Shown here one piece after another: positions 1-9,463 of a stretch of 64,000 nt of DNA (position 1 is the first letter of the stretch; each line of letters opens with the position of its first letter). This DNA is from Bacteroidia bacterium (GTDB lineage: Bacteria; Bacteroidota; Bacteroidia; M30B66): NCBI GenBank assembly GCA_965279035.1, contig OZ257142.1, positions 704,001 through 768,000 on the forward strand, in the 5' to 3' direction. The notes beneath the pieces were generated by a model, which was given only the letters and a program-made list of their open reading frames with translations, searched no databases and was not told the origin of the DNA. A program made the translations under genes and the position numbers.

Positions 1-579
1 CAACGCACTCAAAATGGCGTTTTTTGCGATCAACGAGGACAATTTTCATTGGATGTTCAGCCGACAGACTCGCTTTTGTTTTCCTTGACTGGCTATCAGT
101 TTAGTAAAGTAATTTTAGGCGATTCGTTACGCAAACCAGCTTACACATTGCGAATTCCTTTGATTGTAAAACCCGTTAAACTACGAACGTTTGAAGTAAA
201 AGCTCCAAAAACATTCGATCAGATTTTAGCCGATCTTGAGAAAGCCGAAAGCTCCAAAGTGCACCATACTACCAATGTAGGCAATGCGCTTGAAAGCCCA
301 ATCACTTTTTTATACATGCAGTTTAGCCGCGAAGGAAAAGCCATTCGACGTATTTCGGAACTTCGCGCCGAAGATCAAAAGCAAGCGCTCATCAAAGAAC
401 TCTTTACCAAATACATGTTGGCTCACATCATTGATCTCGATGAGAAAGACATGGACGACTTCATCGCTTTTTCAGGCTTGACTAATACTTTCAACCTGTT
501 CGATACCGAATACGAATTGGTGGTTTATGTGAAGAATCGATATGTGGATTACAAGAAATACCGAGGTATCGAAGATTGA
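1..579 (+). CDS. Hypothetical protein, 5'-truncated; probable carboxypeptidase-regulatory-like (CarboxypepD_reg) domain
   Basis: Frame is open from base 1 (QRTQNGVFCDQRGQFSLDVQPTDSLLFSLTGYQ), resembling the Bacteroidota 'G.F.l.v...DsL.FS..GY' domain; true start is outside the window. Confidence 0.6.
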   Translation, partial: QRTQNGVFCDQRGQFSLDVQPTDSLLFSLTGYQFSKVILGDSLRKPAYTLRIPLIVKPVKLRTFEVKAPKTFDQILADLEKAESSKVHHTTNVGNALESPITFLYMQFSREGKAIRRISELRAEDQKQALIKELFTKYMLAHIIDLDEKDMDDFIAFSGLTNTFNLFDTEYELVVYVKNRYVDYKKYRGIED

Positions 580-1101
580 TTATTCTTCGTCTTTAAACCA
601 CGATGCATATTTGAGGTAATTATCGGCGATGCGGTCTATTTGTCCTCGCACTAGTTCTTCGCTCACTTTTTTCACAGGTTTAGCAGGCACTCCAGCCCAA
701 ATCCAACCCGATTCTACTATACTATTTTCGAGTACAACTGCTCCGGCAGCGATGATGCTTCCCGAATGAACTACTGCATGATCCATCACAATGGCGCCCA
801 TTCCAATGAGGACATTATCGTGCAGCGTGCAACCATGAACCAGTGCATTATGACCGATCGAAACACGATTGCCAATGGTGGTAGCAGCTTGTTCGAATGT
901 GGCATGAATCACAGCTCCATCTTGAATATTCACTCGATCGCCAATTCGAATCGCATTCACATCGCCGCGAACAACAGCATTAAACCAAACGCTGCAATCG
1001 CGCCCCATGATTACATCACCAATCACTGTAGCTGTTTCGGCGAAATAGCAATTATCACCAAACTCGGGAACAAACCCACGTACCTTTTTTATAAGCGCCA
1101 T
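580..1101 (-). CDS. Gamma carbonic anhydrase family protein (YrdA/PaaY-like hexapeptide repeat)
   Basis: VRGDVNAIRIG..NIQDGAVIH, IGHNALVHGC motifs; likely ATG at 1101 (MALIKKVRG); the longer ORF call overlaps the divergent gene. Confidence 0.92.
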   Translation of the reverse strand: MALIKKVRGFVPEFGDNCYFAETATVIGDVIMGRDCSVWFNAVVRGDVNAIRIGDRVNIQDGAVIHATFEQAATTIGNRVSIGHNALVHGCTLHDNVLIGMGAIVMDHAVVHSGSIIAAGAVVLENSIVESGWIWAGVPAKPVKKVSEELVRGQIDRIADNYLKYASWFKDEE

Positions 1102-1219
1102 ACCTAAAATGCGTGTTAATTTGCGAAAGATAAAAGGAATTCGTTGAGCCTCTTTGAACCCATTGTGTAAAACTGCATAAGAAGCCCGATTCTCCTTTAT
1201 ATCCAATATTTCTGAGCCT

Positions 1220-2878
1220 ATGAAACGCTTTCTTTTTAACCTGCTTTTGCTTTGTTTCTCGACTAGCATTATTGCGCAGGACACCGAAAATCAACGTATT
1301 AAAACCAAACCTGAAAAAGTTACGCTCTACATCAGTGGAGCTCAGGTAGATTCAAAAGGTAATGGTTCTTTAAAAACGGGAACACAAACCTTGGTTTTCG
1401 ATAACCTATCGAATTTCGTCGATCCTAACTCCATTCAGGTAAAAGCCGATGCGGATATCACCATTATGGCGGTGAATTTTCAGTTGAATTATTTGGAACC
1501 GCAAAATAATCCCGAGTTCAAACGCATGGAGGATACGCTCCGCAATGCTAAGAAAGAAATAGCTCGTGTCACCTTGAGCAAAAACACCTTTCAAGAAGAA
1601 TTGACTATGCTCACGGCGAATCGTTCTATTGGAGGCGCAAATACAGGTGTGAGTGTGTCGGAATTAGAAAAGATGGCCAATTTTATTCGTGCCCGGATTG
1701 GTGATGTTTCCTTGAAGAAGTTAGAAGCGGAAGAAAAAGAAACCAAGCTACGCGAGCACATTACCCAACTTGAAAACCAGATGAATCAAATGCGTAATCG
1801 TGGAAATCAACCTAGTGGTGAAATTCAGGTTACAGTGGCTTCTGCATCAGCTGGCTCGGCAAATTTTGAGTTGAGTTATTTTGTAAGCAATTGTGGCTGG
1901 CAGCCGATGTACGACGTACGTGTGAAAGATGTGAATACGCCTGCAACCATTGTCGCTAAAGCAAACGTGGTTCAGAATACCGGCATGGATTGGAAAAACG
2001 TGAAACTTTCGCTTAACACGGGGAATCCAACACGAGGAAATACCAAACCCGTTTTGAATCCATGGTCTTTATCCTTATACGATCGTACCGTTTACAAACA
2101 ACGTCGTAAAAACAGCACTCGTAGCAGCTATATGTATGATGGAAATGCACCTGCGGCTGCACCAGCAGCAATGGACATGGAAAAATCGGGTTCTAAGAAA
2201 TATGAAGAAGAGAGCATCTCTGCTTGGAGCAGCAGTACTGCCGAACAAACTAAAGTGGGCAGCAGTACTACCAATGCGGTGTTTGATATACAAATCCCGT
2301 ATACCATTTTGAGTAATGGAAAAGACAACATTGTTGAGATTCAGGAATATGTAGTTGCAGCTAAATACTCCTATTTTGCTGTTCCTAAGGTAGATAAAGA
2401 TGCGTTTTTAGTTGCAGATTTGATTGGTTGGGACAAAAACGAATTGCTCCCAGGAAATGCGAATGTGTATTTCGAGAACAATTATGTAGGTAAAACCTAT
2501 TTCGATTCGCGCATTGTAGATGATACTTTGAGTTTTGCATTGGGGCGCGATAACAACATTCGAATTAATCGCACACAAGTAAAAGATGTGAAAGACAAAG
2601 TGAATATTGGCGGTGCAATTAACAAGCTTAACCGCGAGTTTGAGATGGAAGTTAAAAACACCCGCAAAGCGGATATTGAACTCGAAATAGAAGATCAAAT
2701 TCCATTGTCGACCAATGCCGAATTAATGATTGAAAAAACCGGAGCCGAAGGAGCAGCTTACGATACACAAACGGGCAAGCTCACTTGGAAACTCACGCTG
2801 AAACCCGGAGAATCGCGTAAAATCAAATTTGGCTATCAACTTAAATACCCGAAAAAATACAACCTCAACGGATTGTAA
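1220..2878 (+). CDS. DUF4139/DUF4140 domain secreted protein (MuiA-like)
   Basis: Signal peptide; VTLYISGAQV, coiled coil, WQPMYDVR, VQNTGMDW, EDQIPLS, GKLTWKL motifs. Confidence 0.88.
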   Translation: MKRFLFNLLLLCFSTSIIAQDTENQRIKTKPEKVTLYISGAQVDSKGNGSLKTGTQTLVFDNLSNFVDPNSIQVKADADITIMAVNFQLNYLEPQNNPEFKRMEDTLRNAKKEIARVTLSKNTFQEELTMLTANRSIGGANTGVSVSELEKMANFIRARIGDVSLKKLEAEEKETKLREHITQLENQMNQMRNRGNQPSGEIQVTVASASAGSANFELSYFVSNCGWQPMYDVRVKDVNTPATIVAKANVVQNTGMDWKNVKLSLNTGNPTRGNTKPVLNPWSLSLYDRTVYKQRRKNSTRSSYMYDGNAPAAAPAAMDMEKSGSKKYEEESISAWSSSTAEQTKVGSSTTNAVFDIQIPYTILSNGKDNIVEIQEYVVAAKYSYFAVPKVDKDAFLVADLIGWDKNELLPGNANVYFENNYVGKTYFDSRIVDDTLSFALGRDNNIRINRTQVKDVKDKVNIGGAINKLNREFEMEVKNTRKADIELEIEDQIPLSTNAELMIEKTGAEGAAYDTQTGKLTWKLTLKPGESRKIKFGYQLKYPKKYNLNGL

Positions 2879-2881
2879 ATT

Positions 2882-2923
2882 AATCCCAAAGCCTCGGAAT
2901 GAATTTCGGGGCTTTGGGATTTT
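2882..2923 (+). terminator. Intrinsic terminator hairpin
   Basis: aatcccaaagcctcggaa-tgaa-tttcggggctttgggatt followed by T residues, directly after the stop codon. Confidence 0.8.
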
Positions 2924-2972
2924 ATAGGGGAGCAATCTAATAACCAGATTCGAATTTAGATTATACATGCTC

Positions 2973-3063
2973 GTGGCAAGGATTGAGCGATTAGCCCGGA
3001 GTCTATGCCTTCGCTAAAGCTATGGCATAGAACGAGGACTAAAAGCGAAAGCCTGTATGCCAC
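2973..3063. repeat. ~91 nt imperfect palindrome (REP-like or structured RNA element)
   Basis: Nested arms gtggca/tgccac, ttagccc/ggactaa, tctatgcc/ggcataga around ttcgctaaagctat. Confidence 0.6.
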
Positions 3064-3142
3064 CCAAATTTTTTGAACAAGGGCGTGGATAAGTTTATTC
3101 GATAGAAGTTCGATTTATTCGATGTTACTGCAACGACAGCCG

Positions 3143-3150
3143 TAATTTTG
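3143..3150 (+). promoter_or_regulatory. Bacteroidota sigma-A -7 box upstream of recJ
   Basis: TAATTTTG matches TAnnTTTG, 30 nt before the ATG. Confidence 0.55.
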
Positions 3151-3180
3151 CTTCATATTAGAATCATTCATTTTTATTAG

Positions 3181-4911
3181 ATGACAAATAATTCGATAGC
3201 TAAACGCTGGATAATTAAACCGAATGGAGATGCAGAATTGGTTACTCAATTAGCAGAGCAGCTTGGTATTGAATTTCAATTAGCGAATATGTTGGTTCAG
3301 CGTGGTGTGAAAACGTTTGAGGAGGCGCGTAGTTTTTTTCGACCATCGTTGAGCGATTTGCATGATCCGTATTTGATGAAGGACATGAATAAAGCGGTTG
3401 ATCGGATTTTACTGGCTTTGGAATCGGATGAAACCATAATGATTTATGGAGATTACGATGTAGATGGAACGACTTCGGTGGCGCTGATGTACTCGTTTTT
3501 CAGAGAATTATGTCCGGAACGACTGCAGTTTTACATTCCCGATCGATATGCCGAAGGTTATGGAATTTCGTTTCGAGGTATTGATGTGGCAGAGGAGTTA
3601 AGTTGCACCTTAATTATCGCACTCGATTGCGGAATTCGTTCGGTTGATAAGGTGGATTATGCTACAAATAAAGGGATCGACTTTATTATTTGCGACCATC
3701 ACCTACCCGGATTGGAATTGCCCAAAGCCGCAGCAGTGCTCGATCCTAAGCAAAGTGATTGTGCCTATCCGTATAAAGAATTATGTGGTTGTGGAATTGG
3801 GTTTAAGCTGATTCAAGCCTTGAAGAAAGTGTTACCACATGCTGGCGATACCGATCATTGGCTCGATTTAGTGGCGACTGCCATTGCCGCCGACATAGTT
3901 CCGATAACGGGCGAAAACCGCATTCTGGCTTATTTTGGAATGTTACAAATTAATACCAAACCTCGTCCGGGAATTCGCATGTTATTACGTAGTGGAAATG
4001 ACGGAGCTAATTCAAATCCAACAAAGGAGTTTAGCATTTCGGATTTAGTGTTTACCGCTGCTCCACGCATTAATGCAGCCGGTCGGATAGATCATGGGAA
4101 GAAAGCGGTTGAATTGCTTATCACCGAAAATGAATCTACAGCTGAGGAAATTCTGTCGCATATCAACACACAAAACGTGAAACGTAAAGATTTGGATCAA
4201 CTCATGACTTCGGAAGCGCTTGCCATACTTGATTCGAACGAATTATATCGGGATGTTAAAAGCACCGTGCTTTTCAAAAATGATTGGCACAAAGGCGTCG
4301 TAGGAATTGTGGCTTCTCGGGTGATGGAAAAATATTATCGTCCAACCATTATTCTCACCGAATCGAATGGGAAAGCCACCGGAAGTGCTCGTTCGGTTAA
4401 AGGTTTTGATGTGCATGAAGCTATTAGTGCTTGTGCCGATTTACTGGAACAGTTTGGCGGACATAAATATGCTGCCGGAATGACACTCCCGCTCGAGAAT
4501 GTGGAAGCATTTCGACAACGATTCGAAGCTATAGTAGCTGATACCATTCAAGAAGAATCATTAATTCCCGAAGTGGATATTGATATGGAACTGGAGTTAA
4601 CGGATATCACGCCGAAGTTTTACCGAATCATGAAGCAATTTGCTCCATTTGGTCCGGGAAATATGTCGCCCGTTTTCTTGACCAAACATTTGCAAGATGA
4701 TGGATATGCCCGCATTGTAGGAACACATCATTTGAAATTGAAATTAGGCAAACCTGGGCAGCCATTTTTTGATGCTATTGCATTCGGAATGGCACACATG
4801 CAACCAGCAATTTCAAAGGGAATTCCAGTCGATGTGTGTTATACGTTGGAAGAGAACCATTGGAATGGTAAAGTGAATTTGCAGTGGATGGTGAAAGATA
4901 TGAGGTGCTAA
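3181..4911 (+). CDS. recJ: Single-stranded-DNA-specific exonuclease RecJ
   Basis: YGDYDVDG, DCG, DHH, PRINAAGR, GSARS, GGHKYAAG, PFGPGN motifs. Confidence 0.97.
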   Translation: MTNNSIAKRWIIKPNGDAELVTQLAEQLGIEFQLANMLVQRGVKTFEEARSFFRPSLSDLHDPYLMKDMNKAVDRILLALESDETIMIYGDYDVDGTTSVALMYSFFRELCPERLQFYIPDRYAEGYGISFRGIDVAEELSCTLIIALDCGIRSVDKVDYATNKGIDFIICDHHLPGLELPKAAAVLDPKQSDCAYPYKELCGCGIGFKLIQALKKVLPHAGDTDHWLDLVATAIAADIVPITGENRILAYFGMLQINTKPRPGIRMLLRSGNDGANSNPTKEFSISDLVFTAAPRINAAGRIDHGKKAVELLITENESTAEEILSHINTQNVKRKDLDQLMTSEALAILDSNELYRDVKSTVLFKNDWHKGVVGIVASRVMEKYYRPTIILTESNGKATGSARSVKGFDVHEAISACADLLEQFGGHKYAAGMTLPLENVEAFRQRFEAIVADTIQEESLIPEVDIDMELELTDITPKFYRIMKQFAPFGPGNMSPVFLTKHLQDDGYARIVGTHHLKLKLGKPGQPFFDAIAFGMAHMQPAISKGIPVDVCYTLEENHWNGKVNLQWMVKDMRC

Positions 4912-4915
4912 AACG

Positions 4916-4943
4916 AAAAAGCCCCAACCGAAGTTGAGGCTTT
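4916..4943. terminator. Terminator between convergent recJ and icd (probably bidirectional)
   Basis: aaagccccaac-cgaa-gttgaggcttt with flanking A and T runs. Confidence 0.8.
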
Positions 4944-4967
4944 AGGTTTTGCTGAATCGGGATTAAA

Positions 4968-6194
4968 TTAAGCTCCCAAACGCGATTTTAATTCTTGATT
5001 CAAAGCTTCTAAGAAGTCTTCTGTGTACAAGAATTGATCATCGCTTACTTTGTTTCCGTAAATACAAACTGCCAAGTCTTTGGTCATTTTGCCGCTTTCA
5101 ACTACATCTACACACACTTTTTCTAGTGTTTGGCAGAAGTTGATTAGCGCTTCGTTGTTATCTAAACGTCCACGATGCTCCAAACCACGTGTCCAAGCAA
5201 AGATGCTGGCAATTGGATTGGTGCTGGTTTTTTTGCCTTGTTGATGCATGCGGTAGTGACGAGTAACAGTACCGTGAGCCGCTTCAGCTTCCATGGTTTT
5301 TCCATCTGGAGTAACCAAAACTGAAGTCATCAAACCTAATGAACCAAAACCTTGAGCAACAGTGTCGCTTTGTACATCACCATCGTAGTTTTTACAAGCC
5401 CAAACAAAATTTCCGTTCCATTTCAAAGCTGATGCAACCATGTCATCAATGAGACGGTGCTCATAGGTAATACCTGCAGCATCCATTGTTGCCTTGAACT
5501 CAGCTTGATATATTTCTTCGAAAATATCTTTGAAACGACCATCGTATTTTTTCAAGATGGTGTTTTTAGTACTCAAGTACAATGGCCATCCTTTGCTGAT
5601 TGCCTGATTGAAACAAGCACGAGCAAATCCACGAATCGATTCATCGGTATTGTACATTGCTAATGCAACGCCATCACCTTTGAAGTTGTAAACTTCATGC
5701 TCGATTACTTGTCCGTCTTCCCCTTCAAACTTGATAGTCAGCTTTCCTTTTCCTTTAGTTAAGAAATCGGTAGCACGATATTGATCACCAAATGCATGAC
5801 GACCAATGCAAATTGGAGCCGTCCAGTTTGGAACCAAACGAGGAACGTTTTTACATACAATCGGCTCACGGAATACTGTTCCATCAAGGATGTTACGAAT
5901 AGTACCGTTCGGGCTTTTCCACATTTGTTTCAAGCCAAATTCTTTCACGCGCTCTTCATCAGGAGTGATGGTGGCGCACTTGATACCAACATTGTATTTC
6001 TTAATCGCTTCAGCAGCATCAATGGTTACCTGATCATTTGTTTCATCGCGGTGTTCCATCCCCAAATCGTAGTATTTAATATCTAGATCTAGGTAAGGAA
6101 GAATGAGTTTATCCTTGATGAAATGCCAAATGATGCGGGTCATTTCATCTCCGTCGAGTTCAACGACCGGATTTGCGACTTTAATCTTATTCAT
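4968..6194 (-). CDS. icd: NADP-dependent isocitrate dehydrogenase (eukaryote-like subfamily II)
   Basis: [50 protein letters not shown]; likely ATG at 6194 (MNKIKVANP). Confidence 0.97.
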   Translation of the reverse strand: MNKIKVANPVVELDGDEMTRIIWHFIKDKLILPYLDLDIKYYDLGMEHRDETNDQVTIDAAEAIKKYNVGIKCATITPDEERVKEFGLKQMWKSPNGTIRNILDGTVFREPIVCKNVPRLVPNWTAPICIGRHAFGDQYRATDFLTKGKGKLTIKFEGEDGQVIEHEVYNFKGDGVALAMYNTDESIRGFARACFNQAISKGWPLYLSTKNTILKKYDGRFKDIFEEIYQAEFKATMDAAGITYEHRLIDDMVASALKWNGNFVWACKNYDGDVQSDTVAQGFGSLGLMTSVLVTPDGKTMEAEAAHGTVTRHYRMHQQGKKTSTNPIASIFAWTRGLEHRGRLDNNEALINFCQTLEKVCVDVVESGKMTKDLAVCIYGNKVSDDQFLYTEDFLEALNQELKSRLGA

Positions 6195-6424
6195 GATGTG
6201 AAAATGAGACGTATAATGGAAAATGAGGGATTCATTTCCGGGTGGCAAAGGACGTTAACTGTGGGCATTTCCGCAAGGGGGATTTGGAAAATATTCTTGA
6301 GTGTTTTAACCATACACTGAAGTACATGGTTGCGATTGAAGTACAGAATAATCCAAAATGTTAACATAAAAAATGCAGTTACCGCTATGGAATTGATGTA
6401 TTTTGCAGCCCGAAACCCAATCGT

Positions 6425-7216
6425 ATGCACATTTCGTTTTCAAAAGGTGAGATTCGTTACAAAGCCGAAGGGCAAGGTCCAGCCATTGTCTTTTTACATG
6501 GACATATGGAAAGTGCGAAAATTTGGAAAAAATATGCTTCTGAATTAAGCAACCGGTTTCGGACCATTCGCATTGATCTTCCTGGACATGGAAAGTCATC
6601 GGTGTTTGATGAAGTTCATACGATGGAGTTTATGGCTGATGCAGTTCGTGCGGTGTTTGAAGCAGAGAAGATTGATAAGGCATTATTAGTTGGACATTCA
6701 ATGGGCGGCTATGTAGCTTTAGCTTTTGCAGAAACACATCCAGATAAAGTTCGTGGATTGGTCATGTTTAGTTCCATTTCTTTTGCAGATACCAAAGAAC
6801 GTCAGAACGAACGCGACCGAACAGTGAAAGCAGCCGATGCGCATAAGATGAAGTACATTACTTCCGTAATTCCAAACTTGTTTTTCGAACGCAGTGGTGC
6901 GAAAGCCAGCAAACGAATTTTCAAGCTAATAAAGCTAGCAGCCAAACAACCGAAAGAAGGTATTATCGCCGCCATTCGTGGCATGCGCGACCGAGCCGAC
7001 CGAACCAAAATCCTCAAAAACGCCAAGTTTCCAATATTATTCCTTGCCGGCCACGATGACTTGCTCATTCCCCTAGAGCGCATCGAAGAAATGCATCGCC
7101 AAGTTCCTCAAGCCAAATTAGTGGTGGTAGAACAATGTGGCCACGCCGGATTTATTGAGCAGGAAAAAGAATGCTATACAGCGATTAAGGAGTTTGCAGT
7201 AGAGAAGATTCTCTAA
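6425..7216 (+). CDS. Alpha/beta fold hydrolase
   Basis: FLHG oxyanion motif, DLPGHG, GHSMGG nucleophile elbow, C-terminal GH. Confidence 0.93.
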   Translation: MHISFSKGEIRYKAEGQGPAIVFLHGHMESAKIWKKYASELSNRFRTIRIDLPGHGKSSVFDEVHTMEFMADAVRAVFEAEKIDKALLVGHSMGGYVALAFAETHPDKVRGLVMFSSISFADTKERQNERDRTVKAADAHKMKYITSVIPNLFFERSGAKASKRIFKLIKLAAKQPKEGIIAAIRGMRDRADRTKILKNAKFPILFLAGHDDLLIPLERIEEMHRQVPQAKLVVVEQCGHAGFIEQEKECYTAIKEFAVEKIL

Positions 7217-7229
7217 TGAGCAAACTAAC

Positions 7230-7261
7230 CAGCACATCAGCACACTAGCACATCAGCACAC
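7230..7261. repeat. Octamer tandem array (YAGCACAY)x4
   Basis: cagcacat-cagcacac-tagcacat-cagcacac between convergent stop codons. Confidence 0.85.
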
Positions 7262-7264
7262 CAA

Positions 7265-8305
7265 TTACTGAAAACTATTCCAACCTTGTGCTTTGAGCTC
7301 GTGAACACCGCCGCTTTTATCGATCATGCGAATTCCTTCGTCGGCGTCGGTCATGTGGCCAATGATGCTGACTAGCATGTTGCCTTTTACTTTTTCGAAA
7401 TCTTCTTGTTTGATGGTGAACAGTAGTTCGTAATCCTCACCTCCGCTTAAAGCACAAACAGTTGGGTCGAGCGCAAACTCACGGGCCATGTTGTAGGTTG
7501 TTGGGTCGATGGGAATTTTCTCCTCATAAAGAGCACAACCAACACCGCTGTTCTTACATAAATGCATGATTTCGGAACTCAAACCATCCGAAACATCAAT
7601 CATCGATGTCGGCGTAACTCCCATTTCTGCAAGTAATTCAACCACATCACGGCGAGCTTCAGGTTTCAATTGTCGTTCAAGGATATAATCGTTTCCTTCC
7701 AAATCGGGTTGCGCATCGGGATGATCCATGAACACCGATTTCTCACGTTCGAGTAATTGCAATCCAACATAAGCTCCACCTAAATCGCCCGAAACAACAA
7801 GCAAATCACCTTTTTTTGCACCGTCGCGGCCAATGGCTTTTCCTTTTTCTACGCTGCCTAAAACGGTTAAACTTAGCACCAAACCTGCACGGGAGGAAGT
7901 TGTATCTCCACCAACTAAATCCACTCCGTAGTTTTTGCAAGCCATGGCAATGCCTTCATACAACTGCTCCAAGGCTTCAACCGGGAAACGATTCGAGCAA
8001 GCCAATCCAATGGTTAACTGCTCCGGTTTTCCGTTCATAGCATAGATGTCGGAAAAGTTCACCACGGCAGCTTTGTAGCCTAAATGCTTGATGGGCATGT
8101 AAGTCAAGTCGAAATGAATGCCTTCGAGCAACATATCGGTTGATACCAAAACATCCCGATCGCCATAATTCATCACAGCAGCATCGTCTCCAATGCCTTT
8201 TTTGCTGCTTTCGTTTTGAATTTCGAAGCCTTTTGTGAGTTGGTCAATGAGTCCGAATTCTCCTAAAGTTTCGAGTTCGGTTTTATTTGCAGGTTGTTGA
8301 AGCAT
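7265..8305 (-). CDS. thiL: Thiamine-monophosphate kinase
   Basis: GEFGLI, GIGDDAAV, EGIHF, NFSDIYAM, GGDT, IDVSDGL, GGEDYEL. Confidence 0.96.
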   Translation of the reverse strand: MLQQPANKTELETLGEFGLIDQLTKGFEIQNESSKKGIGDDAAVMNYGDRDVLVSTDMLLEGIHFDLTYMPIKHLGYKAAVVNFSDIYAMNGKPEQLTIGLACSNRFPVEALEQLYEGIAMACKNYGVDLVGGDTTSSRAGLVLSLTVLGSVEKGKAIGRDGAKKGDLLVVSGDLGGAYVGLQLLEREKSVFMDHPDAQPDLEGNDYILERQLKPEARRDVVELLAEMGVTPTSMIDVSDGLSSEIMHLCKNSGVGCALYEEKIPIDPTTYNMAREFALDPTVCALSGGEDYELLFTIKQEDFEKVKGNMLVSIIGHMTDADEGIRMIDKSGGVHELKAQGWNSFQ

Positions 8306-8307
8306 AA

Positions 8308-9309
8308 TCAAGCAGGGATTTCGGTAGGGAGATTTCCCATTACCGTTTCAATTTCATCGAGCACCGCCTGAACTTCAGGGTAGGTGGGCAATGTAACAAG
8401 TCGCATTCGGTATTCTTTAAAATGTGGAATGCCTTTGAAGTAATTTGTATAATGACGACGCATCTCAATAATCCCCAAAACAGGACCTTTCCACTCAATG
8501 GAAGCATCGAGGTGTGTACGACATACTTTTACACGATCCGCAATAGTGGGTGCTGCTAAATGCTCACCCGTGCGCATGAAATGTTTGATTTCATTGAAAA
8601 TCCAGGGATATCCAATGCTAGCTCGACCTATCATCACACCATCTACACCGTATTGATTTCGCATCTCAATGGCTTTCTCAGGAGAATCCACATCGCCATT
8701 TCCAAAAATGGGAATCTGTATGCGTGGATTGTTTTTTACTTCTCCAATGAGTTGCCAATCAGCTGGTCCTTTATACAATTGCGCTCGTGTTCTACCATGA
8801 ATGGTAAGCGCTTGAATGCCGATGTCTTGAAGTCGTTCGGCCACTTCCATAATATTCTTGGTCGTATCGTCCCAACCCAAACGGGTTTTCACGGTAACCG
8901 GAAGCGTGGTGCATTTGACAATCTCACTCGTCATCGACACCATTTTAGGAATGTTTTGCAGTAAAGCAGCACCAGCGCCTTTGCAGGCAACATTCTTCAC
9001 CGGGCAACCATAATTGATATCAATCAAATCGGGTTCGGCTGCTGCGGCAATCTCAGCTGCTTCACGCATCGAATCGATATCGCTGCCAAAGAGTTGAATT
9101 CCAATGGGGCGTTCGTATTCGAAAATATCGAGTTTCTTTTTGCTTTTTACCGCATCACGAATAAGTCCTTCCGAAGAAATAAATTCGGTGTACATCATAT
9201 CGGCACCGTATTGCTTGCAAACCAAACGAAATGGTGGATCACTCACATCTTCCATTGGTGCTAACAACAACGGAAACTCACCCAGCTCAATTGTACCTAT
9301 TCTAGCCAT
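8308..9309 (-). CDS. dusB: tRNA-dihydrouridine synthase B
   Basis: LAPME, DINYGCP, TVKTRLGW, IHGRT, GNGDV, GVMIGR. Confidence 0.95.
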   Translation of the reverse strand: MARIGTIELGEFPLLLAPMEDVSDPPFRLVCKQYGADMMYTEFISSEGLIRDAVKSKKKLDIFEYERPIGIQLFGSDIDSMREAAEIAAAAEPDLIDINYGCPVKNVACKGAGAALLQNIPKMVSMTSEIVKCTTLPVTVKTRLGWDDTTKNIMEVAERLQDIGIQALTIHGRTRAQLYKGPADWQLIGEVKNNPRIQIPIFGNGDVDSPEKAIEMRNQYGVDGVMIGRASIGYPWIFNEIKHFMRTGEHLAAPTIADRVKVCRTHLDASIEWKGPVLGIIEMRRHYTNYFKGIPHFKEYRMRLVTLPTYPEVQAVLDEIETVMGNLPTEIPA

Positions 9310-9323
9310 GTTCTTTCAGCCGG

Positions 9324-9331
9324 CAAAAATA
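9324..9331 (-). promoter_or_regulatory. Bacteroidota -7 box upstream of dusB-thiL
   Basis: TATTTTTG on the minus strand 14 nt before the ATG. Confidence 0.55.
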
Positions 9332-9463
9332 GGCATAAATCCCGCTCTTTCAGCTAGTCTGATTCAATTGCCATTTTGAATCATCCATTTTTCCAAAATT
9401 CCCATACAACACGTACAATTTTATACTTTCACCCAATCATTCCAACCCAACTCGAAATTTCGA

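Noticed and set aside
6123-6599. Several short overlapping ORFs between icd and the hydrolase
   Set aside because: No recognisable motifs; they overlap real genes or promoter DNA. The same applies to the many 60-140 aa antisense ORFs inside long genes.
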